Translations under genes and position numbers: made by a program
From: Chiloscyllium plagiosum
Taxonomy: Eukaryota
Length of the DNA stretch: 64,000 bases
Assembly (NCBI RefSeq): GCF_004010195.1
Contig: NC_057711.1
Coordinates: 76,091,817 to 76,155,816, forward strand
Direction of reading: 5' to 3'
The notes under the pieces: generated by a model
The model's input: the letters and a program-made list of their open reading frames with translations, nothing else
Databases searched by the model: none
What the model was told of the DNA's origin: nothing
Shown: piece by piece, positions 12,824 to 24,567 of the stretch
How the letters are laid out: each line of letters opens with the position of its first letter
Numbering within the stretch: position 1 is the first letter of the stretch

Positions 12824-15269
12824 TTGGAGGAGAAAAACAAATGGAAGTATTAGAATGATTCCTCTGCTTATCTATGGCAAGAGTTTTCATTGTCTGTTCA
12901 AATATGAAGTAAAATCATAGACAAGGTGCAAACGTTGCCTGGAAGCTCTTCGCCTGTTTGTCCAGCCTATTGTTCTCCATCTACACCAGTTAATGATAAA
13001 TAATAGACATGGACACAAAGTGTTTTAAAATAAATTCATTTCTATCTGAATTGTGCAGTTGAAAAATGAATAATTCAGAAAGTATTTCACAAGGAATGTT
13101 GGGAGGTATTGTACTGTTTATATATGCTGTGCTGAAAAGTGGAGAGGTGTTTGGATGGGAATCCTTCAGTTGACATTCTTCTGCTGTTATTGCTGCTGAG
13201 GGAGCCACCTGGTTACCAACAGCTGGTAAACATAGAAAAACAGTTCTCCCTGACAAAGACACCACTGTGGGCTATTAACATAGACCTGCTTTAAACAGAA
13301 TATAAGCACACACCTGCTTTCTGGAACAAATGCCAGGAGGGATTTTAATCCAATTTGATTGCCTTCATTTAGGGTGTTTCACATCCTTTGACATCCTGAG
13401 AAGAAAAAAGAAATGCTAAAAAAAATTAATGTAACACTACTGATATAAGAAAATATTCCAGGGTCCTTTATAGGGGTGTCATCTGACAAAATATTCTCAC
13501 TAAACTACTAGATGAGTTGCCTAAAAATGAGCAAAACATTTAACACCAAGTTTTGATTGTATAATTACACCATTATATTTAGGAAAGTTTTCATAGACGT
13601 TTCACATACATCAATTTAATTGAACAATAACTAATCTATTTCAATGGTTTTGGTTTGGGATAACGTTTTAACCAGAAAATGTCTCTGCTCTCATTCAGAT
13701 TTGTTTTCCCAAATTTTGATGTGAAAGTTTTGTACGTAAATATTAGATCAGATTATGTTCAAATTAAGAAGTCGGGATTGAATCTACAGTTTCTGATTTG
13801 AAGGTTAGCATGTTACTACTCAGTCAAGCTGATAACTGATTTAGGAAGTTAATTAAAAAATTGCATTAATTGAGTACTTTTCCACAGCAATAGACATCTT
13901 AAAGCATTCACAGTCAATGAAGTATTTTTCAGTTTTTCATGTTTACTGAAGTTTATTTTGGGATAATTACATACCTAAATCTGGATAAATTGCTAGTGTC
14001 ATTAGAGCTAGGGACAGAACTGCTGCTTTAAGCATGTGACTTTAAGCAACACTTGCCCCCCCGCCACCCCCCCCCCCACCCCAGCCATTTCCTAAATGTC
14101 AAGGATAGAGCCATTACCACAAAGGAAGCAGGTTCCTATACCAATGGCAGTCCAAAAGGACCACCCAGTAAGAAGAGCAACGCCCTGCTTCTCTGAGCTG
14201 TCCTGTAGAGGGTGAGCAGATGGTGTGTCATCCCACTGGAATTTCTGTGGTTGTTTCGAAGAGCTTTAAACCCACAGTTGCTTTTTGCTGCAACTTTCAC
14301 AACTTTCTCACCATCATATGCTTGACTTTTGTTTCAGTAAAGGATTGATAGATCTCAGTTAACGTGTTGGAGTTAACAATATATGGGGTGGAAAAGTGGC
14401 CCTTTGATTGTGAAGGTTTCTCCAATTTCCCATTGCCATTACTTGACAAAAGCTCCTCAGAAATGACTTTAGTCATTGTTATTTCTAAACATCATTTAAT
14501 TGCATGTCTGTATATATTTTCTATTGCCCCATTCTCTCTTTTCTACCAAGATTCTCACTTCCTCAGTCACTCACATATACTTTGTTACTTGCATCTGCTC
14601 CTGTCTATTACAAATTCAAACTGATCTGATTCAAAGCACAAGAACCTGAAGATTCCATTCAATACTTCAGACCTCCTCCACCGTTCAAGTGTTTCTCAAC
14701 TCTTATTTTTTAGTTTGGATAAAGGGGTTAATTGAGATTAATTTATCTGTTATTTTCTGACTGATATGCTATGGGATTCTTTCCAGCACTTTTCTACAAA
14801 CATACAAAATAGGAGCAGAAGTCACCTATTCAACTTCTCAAGCTTGCTTCATCAGTCAATAAGGTCACTGCTCATCTGTTTATGTTTGAAATTCCACATT
14901 CCCACCCATCCTGATAACCTTTAATTCCCTTACCTAACAAGAGTCTATATAGCTCCACCCTAAAAATAATTAATGACCCTCCTTCCATGGCCTTCTGCGA
15001 CAGGGAGTTCCAAAATTATACAATCCTCCGAGAGAAAAACATTCTCCTCTTCAATATTCCAATAGGGCAATCCAGAATTTTTAAATAGTGCTCCCTAGTT
15101 CTGGATTCTCGCACAACAGGAAACCATCCTTTCCATGTCCATCTTATCAAGGCCATTCAGAATCTTATATACTTAATCAAGTTACTCACTCACTCCAGGG
15201 AAAACAAGCCCAGTCTGTCTAACCTATCCTCATAAGACAACCTGTTCATCTCAGGTATAAACCTCATTT

Positions 15270-15463
15270 AGAAACAGAAATTGCTGGAGAAACCAGCAGG
15301 TCTGGCAGCATCTGTGGAGAGAAAACAGAGTGAAAGTCTCAGGTCTAGTACACCCTTCTCCAGGACCTTTCTCTCCACAGATGCTGCCAGACCTGCTGAG
15401 TTCCTTCAGCAATTTCTGTTTTTGTTTCAGATTTCCAACATCTGTAAACTTTCTTTTATTTTA
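15270..15463. mobile_element. Palindromic PLE-end insertion
   Basis: Arm AAACAGAAATTGCTG..GCAGCATCTGTGGAGAGAAA is inverted to TTTCTCTCCACAGATGCTGCC..CAGCAATTTCTGTTT. A degenerate minus-strand hammerhead lies between the arms. Confidence 0.8.
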
Positions 15464-15509
15464 CATAAATCTAGTTGACCTCCTCTGAACCTGCTCCAAA
15501 GTATTTACA

Positions 15510-16047
15510 GGAAGCTGGAAGAACACAGCAAGCCAGGCAGCATCAGGAGGTGGAGAAGTTAACATTATGTACATACTGGAGGTCAGGGTAGGGGGAGCTA
15601 CAGATAAGCAGGATGGGATTTTGGGGTGGGATGCTACTCTCCTCATCCCAAATATGCTTCCCCCTACCCCTACACCCAGTCCTGAAGAAAGGTTATATCC
15701 AACATGTTGACTTCTCCACCTCCTGATGCTGCCTGGCTTGCTGTGTTCTTCCAGCCTCCTGCTTGTCTACCTTGGATTCCAGTAGAGACTGTGGTTCTGG
15801 AAAAGCACAGCAGGTCAGGCAGCATCCGAGGAGCAGGAGAATCAACATTTCGGGCATAAGCTCATCATTGGGAAATCTGATTCCTGATGAAGGGATTCTG
15901 CCTGAAACATCGATTCTCCTGCTCCTCGGATGCTGCCTGACCTTCTGTGCTTTTCCAGCACTACACTCTTGACTCTGATCTCCAGCATCTGCAGTCCTCA
16001 CTTTCTCCATCTTGGATTCCAGCATCTGCAGCTTTTTTTGTCTCTAA
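15510..16047. mobile_element. Palindromic PLE-end insertion with 14-bp TSD
   Basis: TSD CCAAAGTATTTACA (15496-15509) / CCAAAATATTTACA (16048-16061). Inverted arms, with CTGAAGA at 15682. Confidence 0.85.
15783..16008. mobile_element. Nested palindromic PLE-end insertion with hammerhead motif
   Basis: TSD core CTTGGATTCCAG (15771-15782 and 16011-16022). CTGATGA at 15884, GAAACATC at 15904. Confidence 0.88.
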
Positions 16048-16334
16048 CCAAAATATTTACATCCTTCTTTAAATAAAGAGAGTAAAACAACACACAATAT
16101 TCTACGTGTGGTCGCACCAATGCCTGCATAACTGAAGAATGACATCTTTATTTTTATGTTCAATTCCTCGTGTAATAAAGGATAGCGCTCCATTAGCCTC
16201 CTTGATTGATTACAGAATGAAGCCTTTCAGTGCTTTGGGCCTGTTCACCTTTCGATTAGATCATGATTGACTTCCATTTACTTGAATTTTCTATTACCTA
16301 TTTCTATTACTTGAATCTTGTTCGTTTTGACATT

Positions 16335-16865
16335 GCTTCTCCTCATCTACTGTTGAGAATCTCATCCATGCTTTTGTTACTTAGACTTGGATATTTGAAT
16401 GCTCTCCAGATTAATGTCCCATCTTTTGACTTTCCATAAATATATAATAATTTTAAAACTTATTCACTCATTATCCCTGTGTATGCTAACCTATGTCGGG
16501 TCCTGATTGAGAAATTCCTTAATTTTAAAATTCTTGTCTTTGTTTTCAAAATTCTCATTGATTATATCCCTCCTTGACCACAATAATCCCTGTGTTGACC
16601 CACAAAATGTTCTGCTTCCCTTGAATTCTGACTTCTTGTGCATCCATGAATTTCATCGTTCCACCATTACCTGCCGTGCTACCTGCTGCATCTTCCCTGA
16701 GCTCTGAACTTCCCACACTAAATCGCTTCATCATTCCAGAAAACATTTCTCTTGAAAATACTCCTTAAAACTTACCTCCTTTCTGTTCTAATATCTCCTG
16801 GCTTGGTGTCAAGTTTTGTTTGATAACATCCCTGTGAAGGACCTTGGGAAGCTGACTACGTCAAA
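16335..16865 (+). mobile_element. Old L2 LINE 3' fragment
   Basis: CTCATCCATGCTTTTGTTACTTAGACTTGGATATTTGAATGCTCTCC resembles the L2 motif LIHAFVTSRLDYCNAL. Confidence 0.7.
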
Positions 16866-17186
16866 TCTGTTAACTAAATGCACATTGCTCTTGTCCTTGC
16901 AAAATCCTCATATTGTTTGCAATAACAAAATTCATAAACTTCTCTTTTGAAATGCTCAATTGACCTTGGGGCTGGATTTTCACCATCTGTGATGGGCTGG
17001 AACAGAAGCTGATCCCTGGAAAAGATGGTGGCAAAATCATGAAGTTGGATGCCTCTTTCTGGTGTCAACAATAATACAGTGACTTCAAACTTACTGCATT
17101 CCTAAATTGGCTCGTTAAAACACTGTCCTAGAAACATTTTCCTAGCAACAGCCAGTGTTCATCTGCTCTCTGAATCTGACTAGCTG

Positions 17187-17285
17187 AAAACAGAAACAGA
17201 AATTGCTGGAAAAGCAGGTCTGGCAGTGTCTGTGGCGATAAATCAGAGTTAACATTTCAGGTCCAGCGACCCTTCCTCAGAATCT
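17187..17285 (-). mobile_element. PLE-end fragment with a hammerhead motif (GGGTC/GACCT stem II)
   Basis: Minus strand reads CTGAGGA-A-GGGTC-GCTG-GACCT-GAAATGTT (about 17251-17280). Confidence 0.75.
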
Positions 17286-17784
17286 CAGAAAACAGACATG
17301 GACCAAATCAGGGCCAAGGCATGGGAGCCAGATGTTTTAAAAATGTAAATATTCATGGTTTTCATATCTGAATTTGCAAGGGCTTACCCTGTAAAGATAA
17401 AGTTGCAACCGCACATCACAAGCTAGGGAACGGGTCAGAATTACTCACCAGCGAGATGGTTAATGTGGAGCAAGTTGAAAACAGATTTACCAGTTTCAGA
17501 ACGCAACCTCAAATCAAACATAACCTCTCAAAACCACAAAATGTAAACCACCTCGACAAATGTCAACTTTAAAGCAAGGGCAGACGATCTGGTTAAGGTA
17601 CAGAAAGTCAAAACCCACAGTCATTAAACAAACAAATCAATTGAGATTTTGATATTGGCAGAAAGCCTAAAGGGACATACAGGAGGAATAAGAAGGCATT
17701 GATCTTATTCTAACTATGAGTGGGGCTGTGATTACATGGGGCAACCGTACTGATCCTATAACAAACAGTACACAGGTTAGCACA

Positions 17785-17873
17785 GGTGAAGGGCTTTTGC
17801 CCGAAACATCGATTTTTCTGCTCCTCGGATGCTGCCTGACCTACTGTGCTTTTCCAGCACCACTCTAATCTTG
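17785..17873 (+). mobile_element. 89-bp PLE-end insertion with 15-bp TSD
   Basis: TSD ACACAGGTTAGCACA (17770-17784) / ACACAGATTAGCACA (17874-17888). It starts within the hammerhead (TGAAGGGCTTTTGCCCGAAACATC). Confidence 0.88.
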
Positions 17874-18129
17874 ACACAGATTAGCACAACTATTCCAGAA
17901 ATGGTACAACACTATTACCCTAGTGCGGCGCATAACCAAACCAGACTGGACTTTTTTATTGTTCCAGATCATCTGGACTTGTGAGATTCAGACTTTGTGG
18001 GCGGAAATGGTGATAACGATAATGATGATGTTAATAACACTGTTAATGTTTACAATAACTATGTAAATGAAAGTAATGGAATAATGTAGACAAAGTAGTG
18101 AAAAACTTGGGGCTGCACTGTAGTGAAAT

Positions 18130-18580
18130 GAGATTCCTACTTGCTTGGATAAAAACAGCTCCAATAACACTCAAGAATCTTGACATCATCCAGTACAAAG
18201 CAGCCCGCTTGATTGGCACTACATCCACAACCATTCACTCCCTCCATCAGCATCGCTCAGTATTAACAGTACGCACTTAGGCTCCATAGACAGCACCTTT
18301 CAAACTCATGACCACCACCATGTCAAAGTACAAGAGCACCATGGCAACACCACTACTTGCAAGTCTCCCTCCAAGCCACACGCTATCAGTCTTGGAAATA
18401 TGTTACCTAATCTTTAATTGTTACTGGGTCAAAATGCTGGAACTCCCTTCCTGAAGATATTGTAGGTCTATTTACATCACATGGATTGTATTAGTTGGGT
18501 AGGCAGCTTCTCTAGGGAACCAGAATGGTCAATTAACGCTAACTCAGCCAGACATGTTGACATCCCATGAATGAATATTA
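18130..18580 (+). mobile_element. CR1-clade LINE (second family) 3' fragment
   Basis: LAWIKTAPITLKNLDIIQYKAARLIG. Same family as the ends of 32895-35780 and 58560-59910. Confidence 0.8.
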
Positions 18581-18829
18581 AAAAAAAGTTAGTAAGGAGG
18601 ACCTTGCAGGGTCAATAGAAATGCATACATCATTGCAATTTCCGGATGCTCGAATATCAGGAATTTCTGCAATGTGTCATGCCTTTATGTGAAGCAACAG
18701 TAGTTTGAGTATCTCAGATCAGCAGTCAGTTCATTGTGTCAGAGATGAGTCATATTAAAGTGACTACATTGATTAAAAAGGCCATTTTATCTGTATATAA
18801 TACATTTTGTTATATGTTAGTGATGTGCA

Positions 18830-19225
18830 GTATTTTACAGAGCATCCTTACTCCAATACTTGAACACACAATTGAAACTAATCCAGTATAATACTGAGAG
18901 AATATTGTGTTGCTGGAGATAACATACTACAAATGATTTTAAATCTACCAACAAAGTTCTCATTTGCCTTTCAGTTGAATACTAAACTCTCTGTGGGAGT
19001 ACTTAAGAAAAGCAGAAAGTGTTCTAGCCAACAATCATATTTCTCCCACACCAATCAAAACAGAATGGCTGGTCATCAATTCCATTGTGGTTTGAGGACA
19101 TAATATGTATGAAAATGTATTATATATGTATCTAGATAACAACAATATCTAAACAATGTGGGAAGAACTTTCAGATTATTTGAAGAGATAAGATAATGAG
19201 CTATATAAATGCAAGCTTTCCTTTT
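18830..19225 (+). mobile_element. Ancient Deu-domain SINE (SacSINE1/AmnSINE-like)
   Basis: Matches my recalled consensus in blocks (CTTGAACACA..CCAGTATAATACTGAGAGA; AAAACAGAATGGCTGGTCAT; GCTATATAAATGCAAG tail). Confidence 0.55.
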
Positions 19226-19381
19226 GCTATTATTATATCACATTATCATGAAAATGACCTCAAACTACTTACAGATATATTGAACTGTTGAGAACGACAT
19301 GTGTTTTATTTACAAAGAAGACATGTAGCTCAGGTTGGGGTTCTGGATGTAAGTTTGCTCGCTGAGCAGGAAGGTTCATTT

Positions 19382-19421
19382 TCAGACTTTTCGTCACCAT
19401 ACTAGGTAACATCATCAGTGA
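19382..19421 (-). ncRNA. Minimal type-I hammerhead ribozyme motif in a PLE pLTR
   Basis: TCA-CTGATGA-T-GTTACC-TAGTAT-GGTGAC-GAAA-A-GTC-TGA. Core, 6-bp stem II and TCA/TGA stem I are present. The sister copy has GAAACGTC. Confidence 0.8.
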
Positions 19422-20057
19422 GTGCCAGTGAAGCAGTGGTGGTACGGCCTGCTTCTCATTTATGTGTTTGGGTTTCCTTGGATTTGGTGATGTCATTTCC
19501 TGTTCTTTTTCTCAAGGGATGGTAAATGGGATCCAAGTCAATGCATGTGTTGATAGAGTACTGGTTGGAATGCCATGCTTCTAAGAATTCTCATGCATGT
19601 TTCTGTTTGGCTTGTCCGAGGATGGATGTGTTGTTCCAGTCAAAGTGGTGTCCTTCCTCATCTGTATGTAAATACCCCACTCTGTGGTGAGAGTGGGTCA
19701 TGTCTTTTTGTGGCCAGTTGATGTTCATGTATCTTCGTAGCTAGTTTTCTGCCTGTTTGTCCAATGTGGTGTTTGTTACAGTTCTGGCAAGGTATTTTGT
19801 AAATGACATTAATTTTGCTTGTGGTCAGTATAGGGACTTTCAAGTTCATTAACTGCTGTTATAGTGTCTTGATGGGTTTGTGGGCTACCATGATGCCAAG
19901 AGGTCTGAGTAGTCTGGCAATCATTTCCAAGATGTCTTTGATGTAGGGGAGAGTGGTTCGGGTTTCTGGATGCATTTTGTCTGCTTGTTCAGGTTTATTG
20001 CTGAGAAATCGGCGGGCTGTGTTCATTCAGTATTCATTCTTCTTGTATAAACTGTAT

Positions 20058-20807
20058 TGTTATGGACTAGGCCAGACCACTCAAAACATTCTTAAGCAGG
20101 TAGCCCAGACCATAACTTTGCAATTTGTTTCAGTAAGTGTATAGTAAAAATTACCTGGAGTAAGTTAGTAGGTTGACTACTAGATTTTAAAACAGACAAA
20201 ATGTTTATTCAAAAAATTACACAATGAAACACAAAGAACAGAATAAAGAACTCCTACAGAACTCAGACTATCCAAACTAGACTTAAGTATCTTGTTCCAA
20301 ATATACACAACAGTCTCAATAAGCAAACTCCCTTTAAAAACCAGTTTAAATGAAACACATGCTTACAGGTTGAAATTGAAGAGCAGACAGAGAGAGTTTC
20401 CATATAACTCCCTCATGAACCCCTCACCAGTTCAGGATTGAACTAAACTGCTCAACTCGAGCGCTGACCACTCCCCTTTCATTATACAGGTCACTTCTAA
20501 AATATGATCATTTTGGCCTGAAGTCTCATGTGTTTACATTTAAACAAAAGGCCTCTCAAAATCTGTTTCATCTATGTACCATAGCAAGGGTATGGCACAT
20601 ATACAAGCAAGGGTAAAGCTTATTCACATAGACCAGAAACTATAGGTTAGGATGTTACAATATGAAGGGACACAAGATCCTCAGTCTGTGATGCTGAAGG
20701 ATGAGCATCTATGTGCCCAGCCTGGTTTATTACCCCTCTAAAAAAAGGACAAATATCCTTGAGCCAAGGAACAGCTTTTGGAAAGAAATGGGACTAGCTT
20801 TGTGACA
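20058..20807 (-). repeat. 3' LTR of the Gypsy element (contains an extra insertion of about 135 bp)
   Basis: TGTTATGG...TGTGACA termini, and a direct repeat of 24568-25211. Confidence 0.95.
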
Positions 20808-20822
20808 GCCCCTTATCCCCAA
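20808..20822 (-). other. Polypurine tract-like sequence
   Basis: Minus strand TTGGGGATAAGGGGC lies immediately before the 3' LTR start TGTCACA. Confidence 0.7.
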
Positions 20823-22527
20823 TTGCAAAATTGCGAATTTGTGATTTCTTATCCTCCTCTTGTTTCATTGTATGCTGTGATAATTTTAAATGCCGTCTAG
20901 CCAACTCTCCAGCTCTATTTAATTGTTCTCTAAAATTTGACACATTGTCCAAATGGGTGGTCTCTGAGTTCTGACTTACTAATTTTCGTTCATCAATTTC
21001 AATGGTCTTCTGACTTCATACCCAAACATTAATTCACATGGGCTGAATTTGGTTGATTAATTCAGTGCATCTCTGATTGCAAAACATTCAAATGAACTCC
21101 CCTATCCCAATCATCTGGATAATCCTGACCATAAGCTCTCAACATGGTCTCGAGTGCTCCCTGTGATTCTGGATGGTATGCAGTAGATTTGAATTGCTTT
21201 ATTCCAAAGTTATCCATAACTTCCTTGAATAGTTTGGATGTGAAGTTTGATCCTTGATCTGACTGGATCTCTAATGGCAGTCTGTATCTAGTTAAAAAAA
21301 AAATAGTTCTTCTACAACCCATTTAGCTGTGATGCTGCGTAATGGGATTGCCTCTGGAAATCTAGTCAAATCATCTATTATTGTTAATAAATATTTATTC
21401 CCACTTTTTGTTTAAGGTAGGGGACCTATCCAATCAATCAAGACTCTTGTGAAAGGTTCCTCAAATGCTGGAATACGTATTAAAGGTGCAGGTTTAATTA
21501 CTGCCTGTGATTTTCTGATTAGCTGACATGCATGACACACCTGGCAAAATTCAACTACATCCTTGTGTAGTCCAGACCAGTAAAAATGCCTTTGTATTTT
21601 AGCCTGTTTTCCTCACCCCTAAATGACCCCAAAGTGGTAGCTCATGCGCCACTCACAGCACCTCCTTTCTATACCTTACTGGCAAAACAATTTGATGATT
21701 CTCTGCCCATTTTTCATCTGCTTGAATAGGAGATGGTCTCCATTTCCTCATTAAGACATCATTTGTTAAGTAATAACACACAGCAAAGCATTCACTCTCT
21801 TTCTCTATAAATGTGATATAACTGTTTTAACTCATCTTTCAGGTGTAATTCAATCAGCTTAGCAGAGTTAAAGATACTTGCATGTTTACCTATTTGCTCC
21901 TTCTTTGTTCCACTTATCTGATCAAAGTAAGTTTCTGATAAAGCTATGTCAGCTTCCTTATCTGTGCCTTTTGTTCCCTCCTGCTTCAGCTTGTGCCTCT
22001 GTGATCTTGTGATCACACAATCAGGGAAATTTCCTGGATAAACATTCTTCATGTCTTAAGTTGCCTGCATCTCCACTTGCTTTTCAACTAGAGTAGGTAG
22101 CACGCCTACCGGTGAATCTGATATATCATTTGCAAGGACATATTGTATTCCTGGTGCTGTGAGTTTGTCCAATACTCCTACCACAAATTCTCCACTCTTC
22201 TCGGGACTGTCTAGCCTCACTTTACATAACTGAGCACATTTTGTCTCACCATGAATTCCTGTTACCAGTACCTTCTCTGGCAATAGTCAGGAGTACATAT
22301 ATCCTCAGCATCACAGACTGAGGATCTTGTGTCCTTTCATATTGTAACATCCTAACCTATAGTTTCTGGTCTATGTGAATAAGCTTTACCCTTGTATATT
22401 TTTTAAGCAGATCTGGCATTTCCTTCTTAATCAACCTCTGATTATCTTGTACATTCTGAGACAGTTGTCTAACTTCCCTTGTGCTTTTTGTTACTAGTCC
22501 AACAAAACTCCCAGGCTTGTCTGGTTT

Positions 22528-22766
22528 TTAGATTAGATTAGATTACTTACAGTGTGGAAACAAGTCCAAAGAGCAGCCCTACATTTACCCCTCCACCTAA
22601 CACTATAGGCAATTTAGCATGGCCAATTCACCTAACCTGCACATCTTTGGACTGTGGGAAGAAACTGGAGCACCCGGAGGAAACCCACGAAGACACGGGG
22701 AGAATTGAACCCCAGTCTCTGGCGCTGTGAGGCAATAGTGCTAAACACTGTGCCACCGTACCGCCC
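22528..22766 (-). mobile_element. HE1-type SINE (internally deleted) inserted in the Gypsy gag-protease region
   Basis: SINE head and (AATCT)n tail are retained, with two internal deletions relative to 43182-43501. Confidence 0.9.
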
Positions 22767-23928
22767 TAGATCTCCTTCTGGCTTTTTCCTAGCCCACCAA
22801 CACTGTGATATTGTGTGGCCCACTTTATTACAATAACAACATCGGAGCCTTTTAACTTCTTTGTCCCCCTTGAACATTTCATTTTTACCCTGTGGTAAGT
22901 TATCTTTATGATCTTCACTGAGATCTACCTTTACCTTTCCATGTGGGGATTTCTCTTTGTCCTAGTTTCTATCCCTCATGGACTGAACTTGATTCTGGAA
23001 GCCAAACTGTGTTTTATGGACCAGCTTATAATCACCAGCCACTTCAGCTGCTAACCTTGATGTTTTAACTCTCTCCTCTTCCACATGAGCTTGCACTACT
23101 TCAGGCAGTGAATTTATGAACTCCTCCAAAATAATTAACTCTCTAAGGGCATCATAGGTTTGCTTGATTTTTAAAGCTCTTATCCATTTATCAAAATTTC
23201 TCAGTTTAATCCTTTCAAACTCAATTTAGGTTTGACCAGGGTCCCTCCTTAGATTCCTGAAACATTGTCTGTAGGCTACTGGTACAAGCTTGTATTCATG
23301 TAAAATGGCTTTTTTCACCTCCTTATACTCCCCAGATATCTCCTCTGATAATGATGCGAATACCTCACTAGACCTACCTGTACGTTTCATTTGGATCAAC
23401 AAACCCACATTGCCACTGGCCACTGCATTTGTTTAGCCACTTTTTCAAATGAGATGAAAAAGGCTTCCACATCCTTCTCATCAAGTTTAGGTAATGCTTG
23501 AACATACTTAAACAGTTTCTTACTAGGCTTCTGACCACCAGGGGTTTGATCCTCCTCACTCCCTTCCTCACTGAGCCTACCCTCAGCCTTTTTCTCCAGC
23601 CTTTTAAGCTGACTTTCCTTTTTTTAAGTGTCAGTTTTTGAAGTTCAAAAGCTCTCTCTTTTTCTTTCTTTGCTCTCTCTTTTTCCCTCTCTACTGCTGT
23701 TCTTTTTTTGTCTCTGTTCTGTTGCTCTCTCTTTTTCCCTCTCTTTGGCTTTTAATCATAATTCAATCTGTTTCATTTCTGCTGCCCTTTCCTTATCTCT
23801 CACCTCTAACTCAAGCTGCTTTGTTTGCAATTGAATTCTTGCCATCTCTATAGATTCTGATGGTTTCTCCAGCAAGTTGAAATGCTGAGCTACTGCTGTA
23901 ATTATCTCTGCTTTCCTCACAAAAGCAG

Positions 23929-24335
23929 TCATGATTTGGAGATGCCGGGGTTGGACTGGGGTGTACAAAGTTAAAAATCACACAACACCAGGTTATAGTC
24001 CAACAGGTTTAATTGGAAGCACACTAGCTTTCGGAGCGACGCTCCATCAGGTGGTAGTGGAGGGCTCAATCCTAACACACAGAATTTATAGCAAAAATTT
24101 ACAGTGTGATGTAACTGAAGTTATACATTGAAAATTTTTGTATAATTTATTTTGTGTAATATTATTGTATAATAATGTATAATTTCAGTTACATCACACT
24201 GTAAATTTTTGCTATAAATTCTGTGTGTTAGGATTGAGCCCTCCACTACCACCTGATGAAGGAGTGTCGCTCCGAAAGCTAGTGTGCTTCCAATCAAACC
24301 TGTTGGACTATAACCTGGTGTTGTGTGATTTTTAA
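23929..24335. mobile_element. Palindromic PLE-end insertion in Gypsy gag with two opposed hammerhead motifs
   Basis: Inverted arms of about 160 bp (23970-24129 / 24175-24336) plus a 41-nt tail on the left. TSD CCTCACAAAAGCAG (23915-28) / CCTCACAGAAGCAG (24336-49). Confidence 0.92.
24250..24284 (+). ncRNA. Minimal type-I hammerhead ribozyme motif (AGCU stem III, CUA triplet)
   Basis: CAC-CTGATGA-A-GGAGT-GTC-GCTCC-GAAA-GCTA-GTG. Intact core, stem II and CAC/GTG stem I. Confidence 0.82.
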
Positions 24336-24546
24336 CCTCACAGAAGCAGGCAGTTCCAATTCCAGCTTCTCTACTAACTCTTGCAGCTCAGCCTTACTCA
24401 GCTTTTGCAAACCTTCCAAAGTCACCCCATCCACATCCAGAAACGTTTTGGTGACTGAAAGAGCCATTCCTATCCCAAGCTTTGTCTACCCAACCAAACC
24501 AACACCCAAAATAAAGACACTGGCACCTACCATTTGCTGGTTAAAA

Positions 24547-24565
24547 TCCCGCAAAGATTCCCCAG
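24547..24565 (-). other. Degenerate tRNA-Pro primer binding site
   Basis: Minus strand TGGGGAATCTTTGCGGGAT just after the 5' LTR, compared with the canonical tRNA-Pro PBS TGGGGGCTCGTCCGGGAT. Confidence 0.6.
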
Positions 24566-24567
24566 TT

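Larger units (their letters stand above)
14800..16205 (-). mobile_element. Old CR1-like LINE 3' fragment carrying three nested PLE-end insertions
   Basis: Reverse-strand LEQVQRRxTR motif and a CR1-like 3' UTR. Interrupted at about 15270-15463, at 15510-16047 and at 15783-16008. Confidence 0.7.

Noticed and set aside
17380..17452. Minus-strand TTTACAG-G-GTAAG and a nearby GTGAGT donor (recursive or micro-exon-like)
   Set aside because: No supporting reading frame or gene context.
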